From the NCBI RefSeq assembly GCF_009914755.1, contig NC_060936.1: DNA of 64,000 nt. One strand, 5' to 3'. The notes under the pieces were generated by a model that saw nothing but the letters and a program-made list of their open reading frames with translations, made no database searches and was not told the origin of the DNA. Shown here piece by piece: positions 1 to 19,553 of this stretch (its first letter is position 1; every line of letters starts with the position of its first letter). The stretch is from the human T2T-CHM13v2.0 reference genome, Homo sapiens. The translations under genes were made by a program, and so were the position numbers.

Positions 1-634
1 AGGGACCAAGTGGCAGCCCAACAAAGCTAGGTTTATTGATCTATTCCATGAGGGACGCCACCCACCAGATGAGCCTCAGGACATCACCAAACAGTGGAAG
101 ACAGCGATTTATTACAGGATTCCGAGGAAAGTGGAGTTTAGATAAAATCCAAATGAAGTCATGTTTTGATAGACTCAAAGCAAAGCAGGCTTGTACAAAG
201 CAGTCAACCTCAAATCTGGATTGCAAAGGGGACCCAGGGCCCTGTTTTCTTGAAAGCAACAAAGCTAAGATAAATGTCAAATGTGTCCAGAAACTCTTTA
301 TCTGAATCTCTGCTCCTAAGTTGTAAATTGAGGCTGCTTCTCCGTGTCAAGATGACTTAGATCCTCCAGGCAAAATTGGAATATTTCAATCTTAGTCACA
401 TAATTTCAAACAGCAAACTTTCTGATGGTCTGTGATTTTAAAGGACAATGTTTCAGCAGTCACTCAAAGACAGGGGTGGGGTAATATTATAACTTTACAG
501 CTACAAAGAAATATTGTTTCCTGTTATCTTTGCAGCTGACTTGATCCATTTCTGTTACTCCAGTCTGCTAAGTGGCCAGGTAGATTTTTACTTTTCCAGT
601 CTGAGCTAATTTGTACATTCCCACCCACACTAAC

Positions 635-1273
635 TGTATCAGGGTCCCCCCCTCCCAACCCCCCGCCCCCGACCCCTGGCTTCCAGTTCAGGAGACTGGA
701 GAGCAGTGAGGATGGACGTGACTCCAGGCCCTACCCTTCTCAGTTCCATATAGGCGGGGCTTCTGGGCACTACTCCCTCCTTTAGTCCTGGGAGTGGTAA
801 GGGTTCCCCACTCTTGCCAGCCCCAGGCAGCTCACTATCTCTTATTGCTTTTTCTTTTCTTTTCTTTTCTTTTTTTTGAGACGGAGTCTCGCTCTGTCGC
901 CCAGGCTGGAGTGCAGTGGCACAATCTCGGTTCACTGCAAGCTCCGTCTCCCGGTTCATGCCGTTCTCCCGCCTCAGTCTCCCAAGTAGCTGGGACTACA
1001 GGCGTCCACTACCACGCCCAGCTAATTTTGTTTTTATATTTTCAGTAGAGACGGGGTTTCTCCGTGTTAGCCAGGATGGTCTTGATCTCCTGACCTTGTG
1101 ATCCGTCCGCCTCAGCCTCCCAAACTGCTGGGATTACAGGCGTGAGCCACCGCGCCCCCCCCCACCACCTTATTGCTTTTTCTTAACTCTGCCCACACCT
1201 TTGTAAATCGTCCCATCATTAGTTACCCCACTTGAGTATACCATTGCTTTCCCACCAGGAATCTGAGCGATAC
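635..1273 (+). mobile_element. LTR33-like old ERVL LTR, interrupted by an Alu
   Basis: 3' end aactctgcccacacctttgtaaat...gataca resembles LTR33. Confidence 0.55.
849..1157 (-). mobile_element. Alu (AluY-like)
   Basis: Full Alu, T tail, TSD cttattgctttt. Confidence 0.9.
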
Positions 1274-1332
1274 AGTCATCTTCATCTGTAAAAAGAGAAG
1301 ATTCACAGGTAGAGCCTGATGCTTAGAACATC

Positions 1333-1694
<362 letters not shown>

Positions 1695-1804
1695 TTACCT
1701 GCTCTGTGACCTTGGACAGCTCTGTTCATTTTATTCATTCACTTATTCATTCATTCATTCCCAAGAGCACCAGGAATAGTGGATATAGCAGCGGACAGGC
1801 AGAC

Positions 1805-2325
<521 letters not shown>

Positions 2326-2374
2326 CTTCAGTGTTGCTCTTGCTACCACTCTAAGACATCTATTTTCTTGTCTT

Positions 2375-2674
2375 TCTTTTGCTTGTTTGTTTGTGACGGA
2401 GTCTCATTCTGTCGCCCAGGCTGGAGTGCAGTGGCATGATCTCAGCTTACTGCCATCTCTGCCTCCTGGGTTCAAGAGATTCTCCTACCCCAGCCTCCCA
2501 AGCAGCTGAGATTACAGGCACACACCAGCATGCCCGGATAATTTTTGTGTTTTTAGTAGAGACAATGTTTCACCATGTTGGCCAGGCTGGTCTCAAACTC
2601 CTGGCCTCAAACGATCCGCCCACCTCGGCCTACCAAAGTGCTGGGATTACAGGTGTGAGCCACTGCGCCTGGCC
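2375..2674 (-). mobile_element. Alu
   Basis: Alu consensus. Confidence 0.9.
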
Positions 2675-3009
2675 TATTTGTTTTTCTGCTGAGCTCTTGC
2701 ACTGATCCCTCACGCTCTCCCCTCTCTACTCCTTCAGCCCTTGTCCTCTATTTCACCATTGCCACCTCCACCACTCCATGGATTCTGTTCTCAATGAGGT
2801 TACCAAAGACTTCTCAGTAGCCAGACTTTGTTGATATATTTTAGTCCTTATTTTACTTTATCTCTTGGATGCATTCAACACCACTGACCACTTTCTGCTT
2901 CTTGGAGCAGTTTTTTCCCTTGGTTTCCATGACTCTCCTGGGTCCCATGTTCTCCTGGTTTCTCATTTGTACCTCTATGACTCTTTATCTTATCTTTCTT
3001 TTTTAAAAA

Positions 3010-3319
<310 letters not shown>

Positions 3320-3389
3320 TAACTTTCTCTGGCTCTCTTCTCCCTGTAAATTTCAGTTCCAACAAATTGTCTCTCAGCACTTTTTATGT

Positions 3390-3840
3390 TCCTATCTGGA
3401 TAGGACAGGTTATGCTCAAATAAGAAAGCTCTCTCAGAGTCTCATGGCTTATAACAGTGATGATTTAATTCTCACCCACACTACATGTCCATCATGGATC
3501 TCCCAGAAGGCTCTACTCTCTGTAGTCACTCAGAGATCAAGGCTAACGGAACAGCCACTGTCTTGAACTCTTTAATGAGAACTATGGAGAGTCTCACAGT
3601 AGCAATTAAATGTTCTGACCTCGTGATGGAAAGAATATAAAGTTACCAAAAAAAAAAAAAAAAAAAAAAAAGCTCTGACCTAGAAATGCACTCACTTCTA
3701 CTCATTACTCATTGGTCAAAACTAATCACTTAGTCCTACCCAACCACTAGGGAACCAGGAAATGCAGTTCCCGCATATATCCCCCATGTATCCAGAAACT
3801 GCAGAAGCAGAAATATTTGGTGAACAGCGCTAATGACTAT
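3390..3840 (-). mobile_element. MLT1-family LTR remnant
   Basis: ctcacttctactcattactcattggtcaaaactaatcac pattern typical of MLT1. Confidence 0.5.
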
Positions 3841-3974
3841 TGCATCTTCTCCCTGGGAAATTTCATCCACACACATTGTTTTAAGAATAATCAAATGCTA
3901 AATGCGAAGCAGGTGGGAGGAGGGGGTATATATGTATATTATATGTTTAATTATGCATGGAATATAACTGGAAA

Positions 3975-4148
3975 CAGGATCTACTATATAATTTGCAAGG
4001 CCCAGTGCAAAATGAAAATGTGAAGTCCGTTATTTAAAAGTTAAACATTTCAAAATGGTGACAGCAAAGCATTAAACAAATTCAGATTCCTTCTAAGTGT
4101 GGGTCCCTATATGACTGCACAGGTCCCATGCCCATGAAGCTAGCACAT
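3975..4148 (+). mobile_element. MER45A-like hAT DNA transposon
   Basis: ataatttgcaaggcccagtgcaaaatgaaaatg...actgcacaggtcccatgcccatgaagc. Confidence 0.7.
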
Positions 4149-4244
4149 CTGGAAGGCTATACAAGGTGGTCTCTGGGAAGCGAGCTGAGGCTGGGGGAAT
4201 TAGTCGGTGTTTGACGATTTATTTATCACCCTGCTTGTATCTGA

Positions 4245-4523
<279 letters not shown>

Positions 4524-4761
4524 TGCGTTCATTACTTTTTAAATCACTGAACGCTAAATCTGTATCTCCAGACCATATCTGAATTCTGTGCATAGTCTAT
4601 GAATCTATGAACCTATATAACCCACAGACACTTCAAGTCACATCTTCAAAATGAAACGCTTTCCCACAAAACAGTGCAAGTAAGGACTAATGAGAGGAGA
4701 GAGTGGAGACAGGCATGGACTATTTCTTCTATAGTCTTGGCTAGGAGGAAAAAGAGGTAAG

Positions 4762-5052
4762 AGGCCGGGTGCTGTGGCTCATGCCTGTAATCCCAGCACT
4801 TTGGGAGGCCGAGGCGAGTGGATCACCTGAGATCAGGAGTTCAAGAACAGCCTGGCCAACATGGCAAAACCTGTCTCTACTAAAAATACAAAAATTAGCT
4901 GGGTGTGATGGCGCCCGCCTGTAACCCCAGCTACTCGGAAGGGTGATAGAAGAATCACTTGAACCTAGGAGGTGAAAGTTGCACTGAGCCGAGATCGCGC
5001 CACTGCACTCCAGCCTGGGTGACAGAGCGAGACTCCGTCTAAAAAAATAAAG
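4762..5052 (+). mobile_element. Alu
   Basis: Alu consensus; TSD aagaggtaaga. Confidence 0.9.
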
Positions 5053-5965
5053 AAAGAGAGGTAAGAATGGTCTTTAATGGAGTCATGGGAAAATGTGTGT
5101 GTGTTGCAAGGATGTAGAGAAGATGGAACCATTTGAGCCATTCAAAGATTTTGATAGACTAAGTGGGATGTTGAGAATGGTGGTCTCTGTTTCTTTGTGA
5201 AGTAGGAAGCCACGTGTGAAGAAATGGGGATTGGGGATTGAATGGTGGATTTCTTAGTCATGTGTGTGTATGTGTTTACAATTTACAGAAAATCAGGTGA
5301 CATTCTTCAGCAGAAAAGGGAGGTTTTTCTGAGGAAACACTTATCTCACAGAGCTCAAGTGCAGGAAATGTGGCCCAACCTCATGAGAACCTATTAATAG
5401 AATCAGAAACTAAACTGTCCTGAGCTGAAGTTGCTCTTTCAGTTTGAAACTGCGTGGGCCCGCCTCTGTTTGTCTCTCTGTGCGCCCATTGTGAGTCTCT
5501 GTAAACAATGGATTCCTCTGTTTCTCCCAGGGCACGTGGTCCAACACTGCCTTCAAGGTTAGGTGTCCACAGTTCGAGTGCAAGCCCAGATCCACTATCC
5601 AGTTCCGGAATTCAAGGGGAATGATTGGCCTAGTTATTTATCCCTAGTCCAATCAGCTATGGCTGTGGGCGGGGCCACAAACAAACATGGCGTCAAGCGC
5701 TGACGTCCATGAAGGGAGAAGACAGGGAGAAAGGAGGAAGAAGAAAAGGAAGGAGCGAGAGAGAGAGAGAGAGAAAGAAGAGAGAGAGCTCTCAGAGAAT
5801 AGAGGCTAGGGGACTGCTGATTAACTACCCCAATTCCCTCAGGTGGGACAGCACTGAGGCAGGTCTAGGCAGTCTCCAGGGGACCCTAGTGGGACAGAGC
5901 CCAGATGCCCACAGCGATGACCTGCCCTTCCTTTTTTAATTCCACCCCCCTCCGCTCCCACCCCC

Positions 5966-6250
<285 letters not shown>

Positions 6251-6805
6251 TGACCTGCTCTTTAGTGCTTCCTGTGTCGATTGCCTTCCCTTCCCTGCCT
6301 CCCTTCCCCATGCCTCTTCCTGGGTCACCTCCCAACAAACTACATTCACCTGAACCTCGTCCAGCCGTTATGTGCTGGTGTTAAGGAGTCTGTCTGGAAT
6401 TTTCCCTGAGAGCAATAAGTGGGTTTATAAACAAGGGTGTGGCATGATCTCATTTGCAACTCAGAGCACTCTGGCTGCACCCTGGAAAATGGGCAGAAAG
6501 GGCAAGAGTGGAGACAGGGTCCTGCCCAGGGAAAGGGTACAGTGACATGGAGGGGGACTGAAGACAGCTCCTTAAAGGACACCAACATCAAGGAGACTAA
6601 GCTGAGGCACTAGGGAGGAGAGGAAGACCAGGAGACAGTGAGTATCCAGAGGCCACGGGATGAACACTTCACAAGTAAGCCGGTGGCCAAGGAGATATTA
6701 AGAGCGATGGTAAAGCTGTGAAATTAAAGCCGCTCTAGTAAGGGACCTGACAGATAAATTACTGGAACAGAATGGAGTCAAGTATTAAACACGAAGATAG
6801 GTGGA

Positions 6806-7130
<325 letters not shown>

Positions 7131-7298
7131 TTAGTGTGTGATAAAAACATTTAAATCAAGGGAGAAATAAATTCCTCCAGTTAGGATCTTTAAACAATTG
7201 GCTACTCATTTAGGGGAGGTCCGAGGGAGAGGAAAATGTACTCAAACTTTACAGATTTGAAAAGATGTGTAACTTTTCAAAATATAAAGTGATAGAAC

Positions 7299-7809
7299 TG
7301 TCATAGGTAAACTGAGTCCTTTCCTTATTTTATATCACTTGCAAAGAAAGAACACCAAAATTGGAAAAAAAAAAAAGGCCAGCTGGATTTATTCTCTGGC
7401 CAGAGAAGGAGAAGGAGTGACCTCTCACTCCAGAAACACCTCCTCCTCCCCAAGCTGTGGAAAGCTGGAGAATTTTAAAGAGTTAGATATGGGGTGGAAA
7501 GGTTTGTAAGTCTGTGCAGGGAGGAACTTTAGATGCGCAGGCACAAACCATAAACATGTCTCTTCATACGATGCATGGTCAGAAAATAGTAATTTTCTTC
7601 TATGGGTGGGGATTTTAGTATTATAATAATAAGTTAATGATCTAAAGATAACAAGGAGTCCCTGATTCTGGTTTGCTCTGGTTTCCAGCAGGCCTTACCT
7701 TCCTCTGATAATTGGTGAAACATTTTGAAGCTCCCAGGGCATCTAGAGTCCTTGTAAACTAGCATACCTAGAGGTAAAGAGACTGAAAGAAACTGTTTAA
7801 GAAATGACA
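7299..7809 (-). mobile_element. Solo LTR (ERVL-type, MER54/MER74-like; family uncertain)
   Basis: Terminal inverted TGTCAT...ATGACA, flanks TAGAAC/TAGAGC, AATAAA on minus strand near 7388-7393. Confidence 0.65.
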
Positions 7810-8103
7810 TAGAGCTTTTGCAGTTATCGACCACTTAAGAAAATAATGAATATTCAGCTGTTTTGCTCTCTCAGCTATTTCTCCAGGACTGCCCCAACAA
7901 GAGTCTCCAAAAGTGAGCAAAATCAGCTACACAAAATGGGACATGCAAGTTACCATTCTATTTGTATTGCACACATTTTGCATTAAAGATAGAAAATGCA
8001 AACAAAGATAACTGGACACCCTTTGAAATTACTCAACTGATGATGACACCTCACTCTCCTCTACCTGGCTGGTGTTCCATACTTCTTCCCACAGACTCTG
8101 TGA

Positions 8104-8441
<338 letters not shown>

Positions 8442-8636
8442 AAGGCTTTTCTTCTCTGTCGGGTGTGCAATGTTCCAGCCGTGGTTCACTGTGGTTTCTT
8501 TCTTGATAACTGCCATGACTAAAACAACATGTCAAAGCAATATTATTTTCCTCTATATTTCTCCAGGGCTATTTCTCAGTGAATGTGCCTTTTTAACTCT
8601 CTCTTGCTTCCTTCTCATCACCTAATTCAGAATGCT

Positions 8637-8924
8637 TTTTCTTTTCAGACCGAGTTTCGTTCTTGTTGCCCATGGGAGTGGAGTGCAATGTCTCAGCTCA
8701 CTGCAACCCCCGCCTCCTGGGTTCAAGTGATTCTCCTGCCTCAGCCTCTCAAGTAGCTGGGATTATAGGAATGCGCCACCACGCCTGGCTAATTTTGTAT
8801 TTTTAGTAGAGATGAGGTTTCTCCCTGTTGGTCAGGCTGGTCTCGAACTCCCGACCTCAGGTGATCCCCCTGCCTCGGCCTCCCAAAATGCTGGGATTAT
8901 AGTCATGAGCCACTGTGCCTGGCC
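8637..8924 (-). mobile_element. Alu
   Basis: Alu consensus. Confidence 0.9.
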
Positions 8925-9037
8925 CAGAATTCTTAAAATAAGTTGATCAAGAGTCTATTGCCTAGTGATGTCAGAGGGTTAGCAGAAACCCCCGTGCCTT
9001 GGTATCTAAAAATGTTTTTCTTTTAGTTATGCTAAAC

Positions 9038-9240
9038 TGGTGCTGCCTAATAGGGTGGCTACTCACCCCATGTGGCTACTTCAATTTAAATTAATTAAAA
9101 TGAAATAAAATTTAAAATTCACTTCTTCAGTTGTACAAGCCGTATTTCAATAGCCACATGTAGCTAATGGCTACCATATTGAACAGCAAAGACATACAGA
9201 ACTTGCCTACCATTGTAGAAAGTTCAACTGGACAGTGCTA
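9038..9240 (-). mobile_element. MER3-like hAT DNA transposon
   Basis: atgtggctact...aaattaattaaaatgaaataaaattt...tagccacatgtagctaatggctaccatattgaacag...agaaagttcaactggacagtgc. Confidence 0.7.
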
Positions 9241-9343
9241 CAACATCTGTGGGATAGAAGAAAAGGTTAGTTTAGTTGCAAATAAGCAAGTAAGGTAAGG
9301 GTAGTCCCAATCAGATAGATGGCATCTATTTTGTGTGAAGTCT

Positions 9344-10140
<797 letters not shown>

Positions 10141-10235
10141 GAAAAAGAAAGAGAGAAAGAAAGAAAAAGAAGGAAGGAAGGAAAGGAAGGAAGGAAGGAT
10201 GGAAGGAAGGAGGGAAAGAATAGAAAAAGAAATAG
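10141..10235. repeat. GAAA/GGAA low-complexity tract
   Basis: Alu-tail-derived purine repeat. Confidence 0.85.
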
Positions 10236-11129
10236 GAGGCAGAGTTGTCTGATGAGAATGAGAGGAAAGGCAAGAGGGTGGGAAGTGGGATGAGTGTCGA
10301 GAAGATTCAAAATAGTTGCTATGGTGAACGGGAGGAGAGCGCCAACAGGGAAAACAGGAATTCCCGGGTGGTGGTAAGAATTAGAGACCATGAATTTGTT
10401 ATTGCCAGCAGTCTAAGTGACAGATTATGGGAGCAACCTGGGGCCTTCCCACCAACAGGAACGGCCTTCCACCTCCACACCCAGCAACCCACCAGGACTT
10501 GCCAAGTGGTTCACATAATTTTAAGGTATGTCATCATTGGTGTCTACTGTTTGTTATGGTGTCAACATGTGTTACTGGGACTGTAACTAGCCAGGCCCAA
10601 GATACAGCAGCAAAAGGCTGATTCTGTTGCTCTGCCCATAGATCACCCTTTCCTGGGACTTGCATCCCCTGTCAGGCCACAACATAGAGCAGAAAGCTTT
10701 TCTTTGTCCCCTGACTCAACTCAGCCACTGGGAATGACTTGGTTCACTCAGCTTAATCTGGATATACCTACCCTACCTTCTTATAAATGCTGGGTTTATT
10801 TAAACCTCAAGATCTCCCCTCTATTCCTCTCTACCCAAGCTGAATACCCATGCTATCCTTGGGAAATTCAAAAAATACCTGTTTCCTAGTCAAGATAGCT
10901 GGCCATTTTACATAACAACCCAGGTCTTCTGCAACCCTAAACAAAGGCTGGAGATAGATGAGGAAAACTAAGGCTCTCCTAATGGTGGAGGGTAGAGAGA
11001 CGTCTGAGGTTTCTGGAGGACTGAGGACCTGTTGTCTTCTCCACCAGTCTAACCAGAACAGGTATAAACATCATGGAAGGAAATTTACATTGATCCAGGA
11101 CTGGGCTTTTGCCACAAGTTGCAAATTAT

Positions 11130-11560
11130 GTTATTTAGGGTGCTTTTGTGTGAAAGTAGCAGAATGCCTGACTCAAGCTGGCTTAAATATGAAATAAATG
11201 GTTATTTCATGTACTAGGATATCCTGGGGCAAGATAAGCTTCAGAGTGTGTTGATTTAGTGGCTTGACAACATAGTCAAGGATCTGGGTTCTTTCTTTCT
11301 CTCTGTACTGCCACCCTTGTTGTTGGGTTCGTCCTCAGAAAGAAAGATAATCAATTCTTTTGTCTCTTTCATGGGAAAATCTTTCCCAGAGTCCCTTTCG
11401 TCCCACCTCACTCTACCCTCTAGTGCTAGAAGTGAGTCACACGCCTGTTCCTCTCCTGACAAAAGACAGGGAATGACCATGACCTGCTTGGACCAACCAT
11501 CTGGGTTGGAATGGATGTCGGGGAGTCGTTCACAACATCCATGCCTGGATATAGCAAAGA
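11130..11560 (-). mobile_element. MLT1-family LTR remnant
   Basis: gactcaagctggcttaaat...gctagaagtgagtcacacgcc pattern. Confidence 0.45.
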
Positions 11561-12439
11561 TCATGGAATCTAGGCTGGATGGGAAAGGAATTGGAGGAAG
11601 GAGGGTCCTGAGAGGGAGAAAGTGGAAGGGCCAAGGGATTCTGTAGTTCAAAGAACTGCTAAGCTGGAATGACCAAAAGAACAGAAGGTGCAAGCCTGTG
11701 ATCAGAGAAATGTGAGACTTTAGAGGAAGATTTTTTCCAGGAGAAACCAAGGTCCAGGACATGGTCCAGGGAAATGGTGGCTAAAGCAGAGTGGAGGTGA
11801 AGGTCATTGGAATAAGAAGGGACAGGAGCTGAGGGGCCAGGAGTTCGGCCAGGTCCTAGGTCATTAAAGTCACCAGTATGGCAGTAGGAACTGGGGTGAG
11901 AAGGATAAGCCAGTTGCCAAAGCCCTTTGAGAATAAGGGTTGATAGGTTGGTTGACTGATTGATGAGTAGGCATCATCAATGAGAGGGCACAGAAGGTGG
12001 TACAGCCAGATGCCAGGAGCCTCAGCACTTACTCAAGATGGAGGACTATGGATCTAGTAATAGAGGTGTGGAGGACAGAGGACACCATGGGGTTGGGAGA
12101 AGGACCACCATTCCCTGGTAAGGGCTTCAAGGACTATCAGGGAAGAGCCAGGGCTTACTTAGGGCAGGAAGTAGAGGGAACTGTTTGTGCAGAGGTCATG
12201 ACCTTAAAAATAAAGAGCACGCCCCACTCTTCCTTTACTCCATCTCACAGGCTGGAATGAGAATCTGTAAGTGAGCCACCTTTGACCCAGAATTTGGGAA
12301 CTCATACCCCTCACTTGCTAGTTGGTAATAGAAGCACGCTTGAAACAGTCCTTCCCACGTGTCCATTAATCCCGAGAGCTTGTCAGTCTCAGGGGTGTAG
12401 CAGACACTCTTAATTGCCCATTCAAAATTCATTCTAAGT

Positions 12440-13235
<796 letters not shown>

Positions 13236-13442
13236 ACCATTCTATTTTCCTTGTTAACAGAATCCCCAATTTTATTCAGGTTTTAAACTCTTGAGAAAGA
13301 CAACATCATCCCCAATTCAGGAATATCATGTTAGTCCCATTCTACTTGTGGGTGACTGGTGTAGGAATGGGTATGAAAACAAGTGTATGGCTATGAAACA
13401 CAAGAGGAAATTTGTTGTGGGGCTTCTAAAGAAAGACGTAGG

Positions 13443-13720
13443 GGCCGGGCTTACTGGCTCAAACCTGTAATCTCAGCACTTTGGGAGGCTGAGATGGGAG
13501 GATTGCTTGAGCTCAGGAGTTTGAGATCAGTCTGGGCTGATAGTGAGACCTGTCTATAAAAAATTTTTAAATTAGCCAGGCGTGGTGGTGCATGCCTGTT
13601 GTCGCAGCTACTTGGGAGGCTGAGGTGGGAGGATCACTTGAGTGCAGGAGTCTAAGGTTGCAATCAGCTATGAACACATCACTGCACTCCAGCCTGTCTG
13701 ACAGACTGAGATCCTGTCAA
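13443..13720 (+). mobile_element. Alu (AluJ-like)
   Basis: Alu consensus, GGAA-rich tail. Confidence 0.85.
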
Positions 13721-14138
13721 GGAAGGAAGGAGGGAGGGACAGAGGAAAGGAAGGAAAGAAGGCAAGAAGGCAGGAAGGAAGGAAAGAAGGAAGGAGTCAT
13801 TCCTAAGAAACAGATGCGAGAAGAGATGGTCTTTCTGAAATGACATGCTCTGGATGGCAGAGCAGAATGATGGTAAGAACTTGGTTCGAACAATTGAGTT
13901 AACTAATTCAGGAGCTACCCTACTTTGGGACTTCTTTTTTTATTTTTTATTTTTATTTTTTGAGACAGAGTCTCGCTCTCTTGCCCAGGCCAGAGTGCAG
14001 CGGCACAATCTCGGCTCACTGGGGATAATGCTGCTATAAACATGGTTCTGCAAATTCCTGTTCATGTTTCTGCTTTCGATTCTTTGGAGATATAGCCAGT
14101 AGTAGAATTGCTGGGTCTTGTGGTAATTCTATATTTAA

Positions 14139-14564
<426 letters not shown>

Positions 14565-15902
14565 TAACCCAAAAGCTGAATACATCGCTCTTGGAAGGAG
14601 AAATACCTTCCTTGCATCAGCAAGTCACCATCTCTCTTGCTAAAGCAGAGATAAAAATTTTTAATTTAATTCCAACAGGGCATTTTGCTACAGAGCATGG
14701 AGAGGGGAAGCAGAGTAAAGTTATGCTGAATAGTTGGACATTTAGGACATGAGATAAAAAGCAGAAGCAGAGAGACCAAGAGAAGGAAGAGAGGAACTGA
14801 ATGTGGGACTTCAGCATGAAGATTCCCTAGAGTGGTCTTCAATAGAGAGTTCCTCCCTAGTCCTGGACTCCAGGAAGCCTGACTCATTTACAACATCATC
14901 TCTTGTTTTCTACGAGATCTCGTCTTCCGTATTTCTCTCTGAGCATCTGTATACTAAGCCCTCAGTGTGTGACCGTCTATTCCTCACAATCAAACGAACA
15001 CAGCTAAAACACAGTCTCATTCCCTCAGCCCCCACCAAACTGACAGCACCTTCATGTCAATGATATTGACTCACTTGGGCCCATTCTGTTGACCCAGTGA
15101 CGTGGCATTCATCAGAGTAGTTGTCTCGATCCAGCTGAAGAGCTCCAAGTCAAATGGAGAAGCCAATGGAATGGGTAGGAAGTGGGATTGTCACCAGGCT
15201 GGGGCATGGAGATGGTGACATGGGATAAAGTAGGTACAGCAAACAGGACGTGAGGGCCAGAACCGACAGGCAGGTCAGGAGGGTGAGCTCAGGATCTCTG
15301 GAGGCCCCAGGAAGAAGGGGTAGGGACAGCACCTTGGCTCTGCCCACCTGCAGGAAGAGGAGAGGGGATGGTGGTAGAGTCTGTGATTGAAGATCTGTGT
15401 ACTTCTCCCTGCCCATGCATAGCTCTTACCAAAACTCCCTCTTTTCACTGGCCTTTTTATCCAGTCAAACCAAATTTCCCTTGGCTCTCACTCGCTCTCT
15501 CGCTTTTTTTCATACCCACCCCCATTTCTCTTATGCCTGGAACAGTCTCCCACTTAGCATCTGCCTGCCCAGTTCTTTGCCTTCCTTTACAACTCCACCT
15601 ACCACTTAGCTTCTCTGATTAAGTGAAAGTTGAATAATTATACTTCTTTCCCCAAAACACATCTCTGAAATCCCAAACATCCCTGAGGTTGCGATCTGTG
15701 AAGAAAGGTCTCTGATTGACTAATTTTCATTAAGGGAATTCAATGAGATGACTAATCATAAGCACCATGCCTGGCACCTAATAATGTTTAGTGAACTGAA
15801 GCTATTAATTAACAATGATATGTCATTAATAATAATAAAATAGTAATAGGATATAAGCTCTTAGAAGACAAGGACAGTGGCTACTCTATGCCCAGGTTCA
15901 GT

Positions 15903-17279
<1,377 letters not shown>

Positions 17280-17939
17280 GGGTGGATCAGCCTTCCCTGA
17301 TCCACCAGCTGAAAGAGAGTTATGCTCTCCTCTGAGGCTCCACCATACCTGGAATAGACATCTCTTGGTAGCACCATGCTTCCTATGTTTTCAGTTGATA
17401 TGGCTTAGGTCAAGCTGTCCCCATCCACAAGTCCCAGGGGTGGGTCCAGGACACAGTCCTAGACAATCAAAGCATATTTTCTCCTGGCTACTGTGCTTTG
17501 TTCAAGAGCAGGCACATGATTCAGGTTGGTCTAATATGAGTCTTGGAATTTTGGCTAAAATCATTGAAAAAGTGGTGCTCTTTGAGCTGGAGTTGCTAAG
17601 CTGGCAGGTTATGTGCCTAAAGCTCTTGGTGGCCATCATGCCAGCAGGGAATGAAGTTGACTTAGAGGAAACCAGAGGGAAATGATGGAGGGATTTCTGA
17701 CGACATCATTTGAACACCCTGATCAAGCCATACCTGCAACCTCGACTAGATTTAGGTACCGGTAACCTCCCTTTATTGCTTAAACCAATTGGAGCAGGCA
17801 TGCCTATCACTTTTTCACTTTTGACCAAAAGTCTTGGCTAACCTAGCATCTATGTGTCCCTTCATAACATAGCTTCTCACTTTGTAGCTGATGTTGCAAT
17901 TATTGCTGAGCACATTTCATGGATCCTCTTTGGCTATGA

Positions 17940-18262
<323 letters not shown>

Positions 18263-18329
18263 TGAAACCAGAATTCCTCCTAGGTGCCAGGCACAACTCA
18301 GATGTTTGGGGAATACTTGGTGAATGAGT

Positions 18330-18372
18330 GGATAGATGGATGGATGGATGGATGGATGGACTGATGGATGGA
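18330..18372. repeat. (GGAT)n microsatellite
   Basis: gatggatggatggatggatggatgga. Confidence 0.85.
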
Positions 18373-18815
18373 AATAATTAAGATAATACATGTTCCTCCA
18401 GAACGTCAAGTCCCCAAATTGCAGCCTATGCTTCTCCAGGCCTTTCTCAGAATCTTTGCCCCATCCTTGTGTTCATTCATCCAGGCAATACATGTTTATT
18501 GATCACTATGATGTGTGAGGCTCTGTGCCAGGGAATGTGTGGTGCAGTGGTGCAGAGCCTGTGCTCTGGAGTCATATGGACCTGGATTTGAACCCCATCT
18601 CTGCCGCTTAATCTTCATGTGACCCTGGACAACTTGCTTAACATCTCTGAACCTTGATTTCTTCATATATAAAATGAGCGTTAGTGGTATTTTCTCCGTA
18701 GACTTGTTGTGAGAATAACCAAGATAAAATGACCACTTATTATGTGCCCTTTACAAATGTTAGCTGTAATTATGCTCTTGCCTTCCAATTTAACTAGCTA
18801 GATAGGTAGGCAAGT

Positions 18816-18892
<77 letters not shown>

Positions 18893-18964
18893 GGAGAGGG
18901 AGAGGGAGAGGGAGAGGGAGAGGGAGAGGGAGAGGGAGAGGGAGAGGGAGAGAGAGAGAGAGAA
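18816..18964. repeat. Compound polypurine microsatellite (GA)n-(AGGGAG)10-(GA)n
   Basis: ~150 bp with only A and G on the + strand. Confidence 0.95.
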
Positions 18965-19025
18965 CAGCAAACAAATGCGTTTTTTTCTCTCTCTCATAAT
19001 TTGTGGAAGATATACTTGTCTAGAC

Positions 19026-19553
<528 letters not shown>

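Noticed and set aside
1-630. ORFs of 79-89 aa at the window start
   Set aside because: No recognisable protein; the sequence looks like an old LTR remnant but I cannot assign a family.
10165-10215. GGAA microsatellites (also 13720-13795, 39150-39222) as EWS-FLI1 elements
   Set aside because: Interrupted runs of about three consecutive units, derived from Alu tails.
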